This document shows positions 44,254-54,659 of a DNA stretch of 64,000 nucleotides, piece by piece. Position numbers and translations under genes: made by a program. How positions within the stretch are numbered: position 1 is the first letter of the stretch; the number at the start of each line of letters is the position of its first letter. Source of the DNA: an uncultured Pseudomonadota bacterium. GTDB taxonomy: Bacteria; Myxococcota_A; Polyangia; Fen-1088. The notes below the pieces were generated by a model that saw only the letters and a list, made by a program, of their open reading frames with translations, had not been told where the DNA came from and made no database searches. The stretch is taken from assembly GCA_963847705.1 (NCBI GenBank), contig CAWKBC010000011.1, forward strand, positions 1 to 64,000, written 5' to 3'.

Positions 44254-47200
44254 GTGAGGGTGCGCGAGCGCCTGGGGACGCTGATCGCGGGGACCTGGCT
44301 CGGGCGGCTCGGGCGGTTCGTCCGACCGCACCACGCCGAGCTGCTCCGCGCCATCGTGCTGTCCGTCATCGGGCAGGCGCTGGCGGCCCTGTTGCCGCTC
44401 TTGCAGAAGGTCATCCTCGACGACGGGATCATCCGGCACCGCCGGCCGCTTCTCCCCTGGCTCTCCCTGCTGGTGGCGGTGGGGAGCGTGTCGCTGGTGT
44501 TGCAATACGTCCGGCGTTTCGGGGCCGCGCGGGTGAGCCTGAACCTGCAGCACGATCTGCGCCTGGCCATCCACCGGCACGTCAACGCGCTCGATCTGGC
44601 GCGTCACGATCGGCTGTCGATCGGCGACGTCATGTCGCGCGCGGCGGGCGACGTGACGCTGATCCAGGCCTTCGTGAACCAGATCCCGCTCCTGGCGGCC
44701 AACCTGACGCTGCTGCTGGTGGCCGGCGCCGTCATGCTGGCGCTCTCTCCGCTCCTCAGCGTGGTGTTCCTGATCTTCGTGCCGCTGTTCGTGAGCCTGG
44801 CGGTGCGCTTCCGCGACCAGATCTTTCCCGCCAGCTGGAACGATCAGCGGCTGTCGGGCGCGGTCGCGGGCGTGGTCGAAGAAGCCGTGTCGGGGGTGCG
44901 GGTGGTGAAGGCGTTCGCCCAGGAGCGGCGAGAGCTGGGGCTGTTGATCGATCGCGCGCGCGAGCTCTTTCGATCGCGGCTGCGCACCGCGCGGCTGACC
45001 GCGCTTTATTCGGCGACGCTGCAGGCGATCCCCACGCTGGCCCAGCTGGGCGTGCTGGCCTTCGGGGGCTGGTTGGCGCTGCGCCACCGCATCACGCTGG
45101 GGGTGTTCCTGGCGTTCTCCAGCTACCTGGTGCAGCTCCTGGCGCCGGTGCGGCTCCTCTCGGGGATGCTGGCCTCCAGCCAGCAGGCGCGCGCGGGAGC
45201 CGAGCGGGTGCTGGAGCTGCTCGACCTCGAACCGATCGTCAAGGAGCGGAGCGACGCGCGGGCGCTCGGAGACGGCCCGGGCGCCGTCGAGCTCGAGCGC
45301 CTCGACTTCGCTTACACACCGGGCGAGCCGGTGCTGCGCGAGCTGACGTTGCGGATCGCTCCGGGTGAGCGCCTTGGCATCATTGGCGCCTCGGGATCGG
45401 GCAAGAGCACGCTGGCCCTCTTGATGGCCCGCTTTTACGACCCCCAGGGCGGTACGATCCGCATCGACGGCGGCGACGTTCGCGGTTACACGCTCGACTC
45501 CCTGCGCAGGAACGTGGGCGTGGTCTTCGAGGAGACGTTCCTCTTCTCCAGCACCGTGCGCGAGAATATCGCCTTCGGGCGCCCGGACGCCACCACGGCC
45601 GAGGTCGAGGCGGCGGCCCGGGTGGCCGACGCGCACGACTTCATCTCGGCGCTCCCGCTCGGGTACGAGACGCGGATCGGCGAACGCGGCTACACCCTCT
45701 CCGGCGGGCAGCGCCAGCGCATCGCGCTGGCGCGGGCGGCGCTGGCCAACCCGCGCATCCTGATCTTGGACGACGCCACCTCGGCGGTCGACGCCCGGAC
45801 CGAGGAGACGATTCACCACGCCTTCGAAAAGACGCTGGGGCGGCGCACCACCATCCTCATCGCGCACCGCCAGTCGACGCTGAGGTTGGCGACGCGGGTG
45901 GTGGTGCTGGAGGCCGGCCGGGTCGTCGCCCAGGGGACCAACGAGGAGCTGGCCGCCAGCTGTCCCCTCTACCGCGAGCTGTTGGTGGGCCGCGAGCCCG
46001 AGCCCGACGCCGCGCCGCCGGCGCGCTCCTCGCTGCTCTTCGCCGATCACCAGCCCGACGCGGCGGCGTGGCCCGCCCATCTCGCCCGCCACGGCGAGGA
46101 GCGGACCCTCAGCGTGAACGCCGCGATCGATCTCGGTCTCCGCCAAGGCGGGCGGCGGCGCCCGAGGCGGAGGCGGCGCGCGCGACCTCGGCGGGAATCA
46201 GGCGGCCTTCGTGGCAGCGACCCCCGCGCTCCTGGCGCGCGTCGCGGCGCTCCCCCCGCTGCGGGAGGGCCCCAGCGTGAACGCCGAGGCGGCCACCGCC
46301 CCCGAGGAGATTGCGTCGTTGGGGCGACTGGTGCGTCCCTTCCGCGGTGCTCTTCTCGTCGGGCTGGCCCTGGTCATCGTCGACACCTTGACCACCCTGT
46401 GCGGCCCGCTCATCACCGGGCGGGCCATCGACCACGGGATCGCCGCCCGCGACGGTCGGGCGTTGGCGGTCCTGGCGGCGCTCTTCTTCGCCGTGCAGCT
46501 GGTGAGCTGGCTGAACGCGCGCGCCATGCAGCTCCAGACCGCCCGCACCGCGGAGAACCTGCTCTTCTCGCTGCGCGCCCGGACCTTCGCGCATCTGCAG
46601 CGGCTCTCGCTGGACTTCTACGATCGCGAGATGGGGGGTCGGATCATGACCCGCATGACCACGGACGTGGAGGCGCTGGCCCAGCTCCTCCAGCAGGGGC
46701 TGCTGACCGCCGTGGTGAGCTTGCTCGGGTGCGCGGGCGTGATGGTGGCGCTGTTCGGGCTGGAGGCGCGGCTGGCGCTGGCCGCGTTCGTGGTGCTGCC
46801 GGCGCTGGTGATCGGGACGATGCTGTTTCGGCGCCGCTCGGCCGAGGCCTACCTGCGCGCGCGCGAACGCATCTCGGCGGTCTACGCCGAGCTGCAGGAG
46901 AGCCTGGCCGGTGTTCGCGTCACCCAAGCCTGGGCCCGGCAGACGCACAGCCACGCCCGCTTCGCCGCGCTCTCCAGCAGCTACCGCGACGCCCGGCTGC
47001 GCTCGATGCAGCTCATCGCCATCTATTTCCCGTTCCTGCAGTTCCTCTCGGTGGTCGGCAAGTCGATGACCCTGGGCGTGGGCGCGGCTCTGATCGCGCG
47101 CGGGCACCTCACCGCCGGGGTGCTGGTGGCGTTCCTGCTCTACCTCGATCAGTTCTTCACGCCGCTGCAGCAGCTCTCCAACGTGTTCGACCAGTGGATC

Positions 47201-48061
47201 CAGGCGCGGGTCTCGCTGGCGCGGATCCGCGAGCTTCTGGCCACCAAGACCGGTACGCCGGAGGCCGACCCGGCGCTGCCGATCGGACGCTTGCGCGGGG
47301 AGCTCGGCTTCGAGGGGGTGCGCTTCGCCTACCGGAACGGTCCGGAGGCGCTGCGCGGCGTCGACCTGCAGGTGCGGCCCGGCGAGACGGTGGCCCTGGT
47401 CGGAACGACCGGCGCGGGGAAGTCGACCTTCGTCAAGCTGCTGGCCCGCTTCTACGACGTCACGGCGGGCCACGTCCTGGTGGACGGCCTGCCGCTCGAG
47501 CGGTTGCCGCTCCAGGAATACCGCCGGCAGCTTGGCTACGTTCCGCAGGAGGCCTTCCTTTTTTCCGGGACCGTGCGCAGCAACATCGCCTACGGCCGAC
47601 CGGAGGCCAGCGACTGGGAGGTGGAGCGCGCCGCCCGCGCGGTCGGTGCGCACGCGGTCATGGCGGCCTTGCCCGGCGGTTACCTGACGGCCGTGACCCA
47701 GGGTGGCCGGTCGCTGTCGGCGGGTCAGCGCCAGTTGATCTGCCTGGCGCGCGCCGAGCTGGTCGATCCCGCGATCCTGATTCTCGACGAAGCAACGTCG
47801 AACCTGGACCTGGCCAGCGAAGCGCGCGTGCAGCGCGCCATGCGGCTCGTTTCTCGCGGACGGACCACGCTGCTCATCGCTCACCGGCTGCAGACCGCTC
47901 GCGCCGCCGATCGCATCGTGGTCCTGGAAGAGGGTGCGATCGTCGAGCAGGGCTCACACGCCGCGCTGATCGCGCTCGGTGGCCGCTACGCCGGGCTCTG
48001 GCAGGCCTTCATGCAGTCCTCGGCCCCGCCCGCCGCCCGCGTCTTGCAGCTTCATCCCTGA
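44254..48061 (+). CDS. Fused double (TMD-NBD)x2 ABC exporter, or two adjacent half-transporters; frame break near 46150
   Basis: Two TMD-NBD modules: GASGSGKS/LSGGQRQR/DDATS and GTTGAGKS/LSAGQRQL/DEATS. Confidence 0.85.
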
Positions 48062-48075
48062 GCCGTCGCCGGCCC

Positions 48076-48180
48076 GTCCGGCCTGAGCGCGAGGGGACCA
48101 CGCTGCGTGAACACCTGGGCCTGAACCGGCCAGCCAGCGCCCGCGGCCGGGCGGCGAACGGGGCGGCGGTGGGCGGCTGA
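48076..48180 (+). pseudogene. 3' remnant of an NtaA/DszA-family monooxygenase
   Basis: VRPEREGTTLREHLGLNRPA..* matches the family C-terminus (compare HREYEGATYRENLGLLRP in 27013-28440). Confidence 0.6.
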
Positions 48181-48230
48181 ACGGCGGCCGGGCGGGCCGA
48201 AGCGCACGCGGCCCACCCGGTGAGCGGCGG

Positions 48231-49052
48231 TCACCGGCGCTCGTGCGCGACCAGCAGCCGTTCGATGACCAGCGCGACGCCATCTTCGTCGTTCGAACGC
48301 GTGACCTCGGTGGTCGCCGCCAGCACGGTCGGATGGGCGTTGGCCATGGCGACGCCGCGCCCCGCCCAGGTCAGCATGGAGAGATCGTTGGGCATGTCGC
48401 CCAGGGCGAGGACGTGCGACCGGTCGATCGCGCGCGCGACGCAGTAACTGATGAGGGCGGAGCCCTTGCTCACCTGGTGGGCGCTGAGCTCGAGGAAGGG
48501 GGCACCGGAAAACGTCACGGAGGCACGGTCCGCGACCAGGTCGTGCGCTCGGTCGATCAGCTCCTCCGGCGACAGGTGCGGATGAAACGCGATCAGCTTG
48601 TTGACGCCGCCCCCACAGAGGACCAGCGCATCCGCGGGCGCCAGCTGCGCGGCCTCCAGCTCGGCGCGCCAACGACCGAACTCGGGCTCCCAGCCGTGGT
48701 CCAGACCGACCTCGACCGCAAAGCAGATCCCGGGCAGACCGGCGCGCAGCCGCACGATCAGCTCGCGCGCCACCGCCGCGGGAACCCGCGTTTCGGAGAC
48801 GACGGCATGGCGATCGAGGTCGTAGACCAGCGCGCCATTCAGACAGATCGCCAGGTCCCCGAGGTGCTCGGCGCCCTCGATCTCCCGCACGTGGCGCGCC
48901 GGTCGGCCCGTCACCACCACCACCTCGATCCCCACCGCCACCGCGCGGCCGAGCGCGTGTCGCGTCCGCGCCGAAACCGAACCGTCGCCGCGCAACAGCG
49001 TCCCGTCCAGATCGATGGCGATCAAGCGCGGGGACGCGGAGGGGTCCGCCAT
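48231..49052 (-). CDS. Cof-type HAD-IIB phosphatase
   Basis: IAIDLDGTLL, VTGR, CLNGA, SKG, GDMPND and AMANA. Confidence 0.9.
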   Translation of the reverse strand: MADPSASPRLIAIDLDGTLLRGDGSVSARTRHALGRAVAVGIEVVVVTGRPARHVREIEGAEHLGDLAICLNGALVYDLDRHAVVSETRVPAAVARELIVRLRAGLPGICFAVEVGLDHGWEPEFGRWRAELEAAQLAPADALVLCGGGVNKLIAFHPHLSPEELIDRAHDLVADRASVTFSGAPFLELSAHQVSKGSALISYCVARAIDRSHVLALGDMPNDLSMLTWAGRGVAMANAHPTVLAATTEVTRSNDEDGVALVIERLLVAHERR

Positions 49053-49114
49053 GGTCCCCTTCAAATACCATGACGGGCCGGCGCCCGCCTGAGACCAGGG
49101 ACCGCTCGCCTCTT

Positions 49115-50356
49115 CTACCCGCCGCTCGAGGCTTGTGCCTGCGCGGGCTGGCTGATCTCCGTGCCGACCGCGGGATGGCTCTTCGTCTGTCCGCGCGCCG
49201 GCTGATCCTGCACGCGCCCGCGCACCAGGGGCAGAACCTCCTCGCCCACCCGGTAGGCCTCCTCGAGGTGCGGGGTCCCGGCCAGGACGAAGGCGTCGAT
49301 TCCGGCGGCGAGATAGCGATCCAGCCAGGCGGCGGCCTGCTCGTAGCTGCCGACCACGCCGATCCCGGGACCGCCGCGGAAGAGGTTGAAGCCGCTCCAC
49401 AGGCCCGGCGCGATGTGCGCGTCGACGTCGAGATCGCGGTGGGACACCACCGCGCCGAGGCCCGCGCGAAAGGCGCTCTGGCGCGCGAAGCCGACCGAGT
49501 CGCCCGTGCCGGCGTTGAGGCGCTCCAGCGCCTTTCGGTCGACGGTCTGCCAGGCGCGCGCCACCTCGGCCCAGGCTTCCTCGGGCGTCCGCCGCGCCAG
49601 GATGTCGAAGCGCAAGGCGAACTTGGCGCGGCGCCCCTCGGCGGCCGTCCGCTCGCGCACGCGTTCGAGCTTCTCCTTCAGCGCGTCGAACGGCTCCAGG
49701 TGCGACAGGTAATAGTCGGCGTGACGGCCGGCCGCCGCCACCGCGGCGTCCGATGATCCGGAGAAGTAGATCTCGGGGATCTTCTGCGCGGCCAAGCGCG
49801 GCGCCAGGCCACCGCCTTCGATCTGATAGAAACGGCCCCGGTAATCGACCGGGCCCTCCCGCCAGACCGTCTTGAGCGCGTCGAGGAACTCCGAGGTGCG
49901 CGCGTACCGATCGTCGTGCGCGACGCGATCGCCCCACCAGAGCTGCGACGGACCGCCGCCCCCGGTGATGACGTTGTAGACCAGGCGTCCGCCGGAGAGG
50001 CGCTGCAGGCTGGCCGACAGGCGCGCGGCGTGCGCCGGCGCGATGAAGCCCGGCTGAAACGCGATCATGAAGCGGAAGGTCTTGGTCTCCCGTGCCAGGG
50101 CCGGCGCGATGGTCCAGGGATCGTCGGTGTTGGGGAAGGAGACCAGGAGGCCGCCGTAGAAGCCGGAGATCTCCGCGGCGCGCGCGATGTCGGACAGGTG
50201 GTCGGCGTAGCTGCTGCCGTCGCTCTCGCTGGCCGCGAACCCGGGCGCCAGGTTTCCCGCGGCCGGTGGCGACCAGTCGCCGCGGTTGGCGCGGCCAATT
50301 CCCAGCTCACCCTTGCAGCCGTGCAGCGGTAACCGCCAGTAGACGTCGATCGCCAT
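49115..50356 (-). CDS. LLM-class monooxygenase, SsuD/MsuD-like
   Basis: IARAAE..GF, DPW, FMIAFQPG, SGGRLVYNVITGG, HDDRYART.EFL, YFSGSS and PHLEEAYRVGEEVLP. Confidence 0.88.
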   Translation of the reverse strand: MAIDVYWRLPLHGCKGELGIGRANRGDWSPPAAGNLAPGFAASESDGSSYADHLSDIARAAEISGFYGGLLVSFPNTDDPWTIAPALARETKTFRFMIAFQPGFIAPAHAARLSASLQRLSGGRLVYNVITGGGGPSQLWWGDRVAHDDRYARTSEFLDALKTVWREGPVDYRGRFYQIEGGGLAPRLAAQKIPEIYFSGSSDAAVAAAGRHADYYLSHLEPFDALKEKLERVRERTAAEGRRAKFALRFDILARRTPEEAWAEVARAWQTVDRKALERLNAGTGDSVGFARQSAFRAGLGAVVSHRDLDVDAHIAPGLWSGFNLFRGGPGIGVVGSYEQAAAWLDRYLAAGIDAFVLAGTPHLEEAYRVGEEVLPLVRGRVQDQPARGQTKSHPAVGTEISQPAQAQASSGG

Positions 50357-50372
50357 GAATCAGAGCCTCCTT

Positions 50373-51365
50373 CTAGGCGGCGCGCGCCACAGGACGCGCC
50401 GCCGCCGTCAGCTTGGGGAACACCTGCTCGCCGATGCGGTAGGCCTCTTCGAGGTGCCGCGTCCCATCGAGCACGAACTGGTCGATCCCCAGGTGGGCCA
50501 GCTCGTCGAGCCGGTGCGCGACCTGGTCGTGGCTGCCGGCGACGAGATCGCGCCGCGCTCCCCATCCCGCCTCCTCGGCCGCTGCGCGCGCCTCCTCGGC
50601 GGTGTGTCGCGCCACCACCGACAGCCGGATGCCACGCTTGACGACCCGCCTCGGCGTTTCGTCGACGGGCCTGGACACCACCTGGCGGGCCACCGCTCGC
50701 TCGAGGCGCTCGATCTGCGCGCTCACCGCGGCTGGCTCGTCGCCTTCCAGAAGATGGACATCCGCGTGTCGGGCCGCGAAGGCCAGCGCCTCCTCGGAGC
50801 GCCCGGCCGTGTAGGTCGGCGGCAGTGGATGCCCCGCCAGCGGCCCCTCGAGTCCGCCCTTTTCCACCGCAAAGAACCGCCCCTCGTAGTCGAACGGCTG
50901 CTCGGTCCAGACGCCCTTGGCCGCCTCCAGGTACTCGCCGGCCCGGGTAAACCAGTCGGCGCCGACCAGGTGATCGCCGTGCCCGCGGCGGACGGCCGGA
51001 GCGCGTTGGAGATCGATCTTCCAGGCCAGGCGATCGCCCGCCAGCCGCTGAAACGAGGTCGACAGCTTCGCCAGGTAGACCGGCGTGGTGAACCCGGGCT
51101 GGATCTCGGGGAGAAAGATCAAGCGGCGCACCTCGCGCGCCAGCGACGCGGCGACGATCCACGAGTCATCCCCCTGCTCGTCCCAGGGGACGAAGGCGCC
51201 GGTGAATCCCGCCGCCTCGGCCGCGCGCGCCACCTGGAACAGGTAGTCGTAATCGGTAAAGTGCCCCGCCCGCTCGTCGCGCAGGCCGCCGGTGAAGCTG
51301 CGCCGCGCGGACGGCCCGCGGCGATCGCCGTCGACCGGCAGCGTCCAGAAGAAGGAAGCGCCCAC
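50373..51365 (-). CDS. Divergent, shorter LLM-class (SsuD-like) protein
   Basis: DYLFQVARAAEAAGF, QPGFTTP, FQRLAGDRL and HLEEAYRIGEQVFP. Confidence 0.8.
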   Translation of the reverse strand: MGASFFWTLPVDGDRRGPSARRSFTGGLRDERAGHFTDYDYLFQVARAAEAAGFTGAFVPWDEQGDDSWIVAASLAREVRRLIFLPEIQPGFTTPVYLAKLSTSFQRLAGDRLAWKIDLQRAPAVRRGHGDHLVGADWFTRAGEYLEAAKGVWTEQPFDYEGRFFAVEKGGLEGPLAGHPLPPTYTAGRSEEALAFAARHADVHLLEGDEPAAVSAQIERLERAVARQVVSRPVDETPRRVVKRGIRLSVVARHTAEEARAAAEEAGWGARRDLVAGSHDQVAHRLDELAHLGIDQFVLDGTRHLEEAYRIGEQVFPKLTAAARPVARAA

Positions 51366-51369
51366 CTCG

Positions 51370-51783
51370 CTACTCGCTGACCGTCAGGAGCGACAGCTTG
51401 GTGATGCCGGCCCGATCGACCGCCGTCATGGCCTTGGCCACGAGGCCGTAGCTGACGGCGCGATCGGCGTTGAGGTGCACGATCACGTCTTTGTACGCGG
51501 CGTGCAGCGCCTTGAGCCGCGGTTCGAGCTCCGGCAGCCCGACCTCCTTTCGGTCGATGTAGATCTTGTTCGAGGCGTCGACGCTGATGTTGATCGACTT
51601 CTTCTGCTCGACCGGGATAGCGAGCGTCTTGGAGGTCTCCGGCAGGTTCACCCGGATGGTGTTGGTGAGCAGCGGCGCGGTCACCAGAAACACCACCAAC
51701 AGAACGAGCATGACGTCGACCAGCGGGGTGACGTTGATTTCGCTCATCACCTCTTCGCCGCCGCCTGACACCTGGAACGCCAT
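51370..51783 (-). CDS. exbD: Biopolymer transport protein ExbD
   Basis: SEINVTPLVDVMLVLLVVFLVTAP and ADRAVSYG. Confidence 0.92.
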   Translation of the reverse strand: MAFQVSGGGEEVMSEINVTPLVDVMLVLLVVFLVTAPLLTNTIRVNLPETSKTLAIPVEQKKSINISVDASNKIYIDRKEVGLPELEPRLKALHAAYKDVIVHLNADRAVSYGLVAKAMTAVDRAGITKLSLLTVSE

Positions 51784-52499
51784 CAGACGCTCGCTCCCCT
51801 TCGCTCCTCGAGGCCGCCGCGCTCGACGCGGAGAGGGCTCTCGGTGGCGACCACAGCCGGGGCGCGATCGCGGCGGGCGACGGCGCCCACCAGAGAGGCC
51901 GCCAGCTGCGTCAGCTCGGAGGTCTGCACCTTCAGCCGACGAAGGAAGAAGTTGTAGGCCAACACCGCCGGCACCGCGACGGCGATACCGATGGCCGTCG
52001 CCACCAGCGCCTCGCCGATCGGTCCGGCCACCACTTCCAGGCTGGCCGAGCCCGAGCTGCCGATGGCCCGCAGCGCGTGGATGATGCCCCACACGGTTCC
52101 GAACAGGCCGACGAAGGGGGCGGTGCTGCCGATGCTGGCCAGCACCACCAGCCCGCTCTCGGCGGCGCGCCGCTCATTCTCTATCTGGGACTGCAGGCCG
52201 AGCTCGACCCGTTCTCGAAGGGTCTCCTCATTCTCCCTGTCGCCCGCACGATCGTGCTCCGCCAGCGCCGCCAGCCCGGCGCGCGCGACCCGCCCCGCAG
52301 AGCCGAGGTGTCCCTCCGCCGTCTTGAGCGACGAGAGCCGCAACGGGCGCGGGAGCGCCCCGAAGAAGCGCCGGTCCTGCGCCGCGGTCACCCACCTTTG
52401 GCGCCCCTTGACCAGCACCAGCGCCCAGGTGATCACCGACCCGAGCAACAGCAGACCGAAGGTGCCTTTGACGATGAGATACGAAACCGAATCGGACAT
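51783..52499 (-). CDS. exbB: MotA/TolQ/ExbB proton channel
   Basis: LASIGSTAPFVGLFGTVWGI and GEALVATAIGIAVAVPAVLAYN. Confidence 0.92.
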   Translation of the reverse strand: MSDSVSYLIVKGTFGLLLLGSVITWALVLVKGRQRWVTAAQDRRFFGALPRPLRLSSLKTAEGHLGSAGRVARAGLAALAEHDRAGDRENEETLRERVELGLQSQIENERRAAESGLVVLASIGSTAPFVGLFGTVWGIIHALRAIGSSGSASLEVVAGPIGEALVATAIGIAVAVPAVLAYNFFLRRLKVQTSELTQLAASLVGAVARRDRAPAVVATESPLRVERGGLEERRGASV

Positions 52500-52504
52500 G
52501 AAGC

Positions 52505-53209
52505 TCACTCCCCTTCTTGCAAATGAAAGACGATCGGCACGGTGACCCAACCCGCGATGGCGACGCCCCCCTGCCGCGACGGCACGAAGGTCCACCCCCG
52601 CACCGCTTCCTGCGCCGCCTCATCGAGCACGTCCCGGCCGCTCGACCGCTCGACCGAGATCCCGATGGCCCTCCCCTCGGGCGAGACCCGCACGCGCAGC
52701 AGAACCTCACCCTGCCACTCCCGGCGCCGCGCCAGCTCCGGATAGACCGGACGCGGATTCTTCAGATAGTTCGCCCCCTCGTGGGCGGCGATCACCGGCG
52801 CCGGCTGGGCGATGGCGGCGATCGGCGCGGCCACGGGCGGTCCAGGCGGCCCGCTCGGCGCCGCCGGCGGCGGGGCGAGCGCCGGTGCCACTGGCTCGGC
52901 CTCCTCGCTGGCGGGCGGCTGTTCGACGGGCGGCGGCGCGTCGAAGTGCGGCCGCACCGACGGGCGGTGCGCGGCGACCAGCGGCCGCGCCCGCGGCGGC
53001 GGCTCCCGGTCGGGAGGCGGCGGCAGCTTGGGCGGCTCGATCTGGGGCGGTTCCATCTCGATGGAGACCGACTGCGCGACCAGCCGGGGCTGGGCGGCGC
53101 GCGCGCGCGACACCTTGTAGGCCAGGGCGGTGTGACCGGTGATGGAGATCCCGAGCAACACCGCGATCTCGATGCGGCTCGAGGAACGCTGGCTGGGTCC
53201 GCTGCTCAT
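52505..53209 (-). CDS. tonB: Energy transducer TonB
   Basis: N-terminal TM with His, Pro-rich linker, PVYPELARRREWQGEV..SSG..LDEAA..VPIVF. Confidence 0.9.
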   Translation of the reverse strand: MSSGPSQRSSSRIEIAVLLGISITGHTALAYKVSRARAAQPRLVAQSVSIEMEPPQIEPPKLPPPPDREPPPRARPLVAAHRPSVRPHFDAPPPVEQPPASEEAEPVAPALAPPPAAPSGPPGPPVAAPIAAIAQPAPVIAAHEGANYLKNPRPVYPELARRREWQGEVLLRVRVSPEGRAIGISVERSSGRDVLDEAAQEAVRGWTFVPSRQGGVAIAGWVTVPIVFHLQEGE

Positions 53210-53811
53210 CGCTGCTCTCCTGCTTCAGGGCCCGACGGGCGGTAGAGACCTTTGAAGGCAAACGTCCCGGCACTCTTGCGCGGGCTGGGGATCTCCCGCT
53301 CCGCCACGTCGGCGGTAAGGTCCTCGCGCGCGCCCGGATATCCCACGGCGACGCCGGCCATCGACTCGTAGAGCTCGCGCGGGACACCGAAAGCGCCATA
53401 GGCGGCCTCGTGGTTGATGCCGCCCATGGCGCGCGTCGACAGCCCCAGCTTGTGCGCCTGCAACGCCAGCGAGAACCAGGCGGCGCCGGTGTCGAACGCC
53501 CCGGTGCGCAGCGGCTTGCCCGTCTCGGGGTGCGTCCGCCGCGCGAAGATGAACACCAGGAGCGGCGCCCGCTGGGCCCAGACCCGGTTCTTCTCGTTCA
53601 CCAGCGCACGGGCGCGCTCCAGGGTCTCCTGGTCGTCGTTGAAGATGAACAGCCACGGCTGCGCGTTGGACGCCGAAGGGGCCCAGCGCGCAGCCTCGAA
53701 GAGCGAGCGAACGCTCTCCTCGGGGATCTCCCGGGTCGACAGCGCCCGGCGCGACCAGCGATCGACGAAGATCTGGTCGACGGGGGCGTCGGGTGAGCGG
53801 TGCGATCCCAT
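53206..53811 (-). CDS. Nitroreductase family flavoprotein
   Basis: RWSRRA, FEAARWAPSASNAQPW, FDTGAAW and AMGG. Confidence 0.9.
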   Translation of the reverse strand: MGSHRSPDAPVDQIFVDRWSRRALSTREIPEESVRSLFEAARWAPSASNAQPWLFIFNDDQETLERARALVNEKNRVWAQRAPLLVFIFARRTHPETGKPLRTGAFDTGAAWFSLALQAHKLGLSTRAMGGINHEAAYGAFGVPRELYESMAGVAVGYPGAREDLTADVAEREIPSPRKSAGTFAFKGLYRPSGPEAGEQR

Positions 53812-53825
53812 GGCGGCGTCACTCC

Positions 53826-54659
53826 CTACGAGAGCTCTTGCGACGCCGCCGCCGCGGCCAGCGCCGCGTCAGCCACGTCCCGCGGGACCAGCCCCATCTT
53901 CCACTGCTGCTCGAGCACGCCGGGCCCGTAGGCCCTGGAGCCGCCCAGTGCCTGGGCCAGGAGCTGGAAGTGGGCGCCCTCCTCGATGAGCTGAATGCGA
54001 CGCCCGACCTTGAGGATCCCGTCGCCCCAGAAGGTGCTGCCGCCGTTCGCCTCGACCGTGGCCTCCAGGTAGGGGCTCTCGTCGATCTTCTCGACGATGA
54101 AGTCCTGCTCCTGCTGCCGGCGATCGACGTAGACCGGCAGCTCCTTCACCACCGTCTCGCGGGTGATCGGGACGTAGCGGATGGTGAGCGGCCGGTGCGC
54201 GCTGGCCCAGGCGCCGAGCGCGGGCGTGTGGGCGTGAATGACGGTGGTGACGCGCGGGTGGGCCTGGAAGATCTTGGTGTAGCGACCGGGTCCCCCCTGC
54301 GGCTTGCCGAGATACGCCTTCCCGTCGAACCCGGTCACCGACAGCTTGAGCTCGCCGTCGTCCCAGGCGCTCGGATACGCCGCGGTCACGTAGATGCTCT
54401 CGCCCGGGACCCGCTGGTAGATCTGGAAGGTCTGGCTGGACGAGAGGGTCCGCGACTCCCAGAGAACGCGCGAGACCTTGAGGGTGTCCCGCTTGACCTG
54501 CTCGACGAAGGCGGCCAGCGCGGGGGTCAGCTCGGCAAGCTCGGCAAGCTCGGCAAGCTCGGCAAGCTCGGCAAGCTCGGATTGACGCGATTGACCGGCT
54601 TGACCGGCTTGACCGGCTTGACGGGATTCAGTGGATTGAAGGGTTTCGGTGTTGGACAT
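53826..54659 (-). CDS. Class II aldolase/adducin family protein
   Basis: HPRVTTVIHAHTP metal motif; N-terminal (QAG)n/(AEL)n repeats. Confidence 0.75.
   Translation of the reverse strand: MSNTETLQSTESRQAGQAGQAGQSRQSELAELAELAELAELAELTPALAAFVEQVKRDTLKVSRVLWESRTLSSSQTFQIYQRVPGESIYVTAAYPSAWDDGELKLSVTGFDGKAYLGKPQGGPGRYTKIFQAHPRVTTVIHAHTPALGAWASAHRPLTIRYVPITRETVVKELPVYVDRRQQEQDFIVEKIDESPYLEATVEANGGSTFWGDGILKVGRRIQLIEEGAHFQLLAQALGGSRAYGPGVLEQQWKMGLVPRDVADAALAAAAASQELS
54528..54622 (-). repeat. Two in-frame 9-bp tandem repeats (CTCGGCAAG x5, TTGACCGGC x3)
   Basis: Read directly, within the aldolase 5' end. Confidence 0.9.

Noticed and set aside
44254-48180. 1308-aa ORF as a novel giant fusion
   Set aside because: After ~46150 it is the off-frame reading of the second ABC module; only the last ~35 codons resemble a real (remnant) gene.
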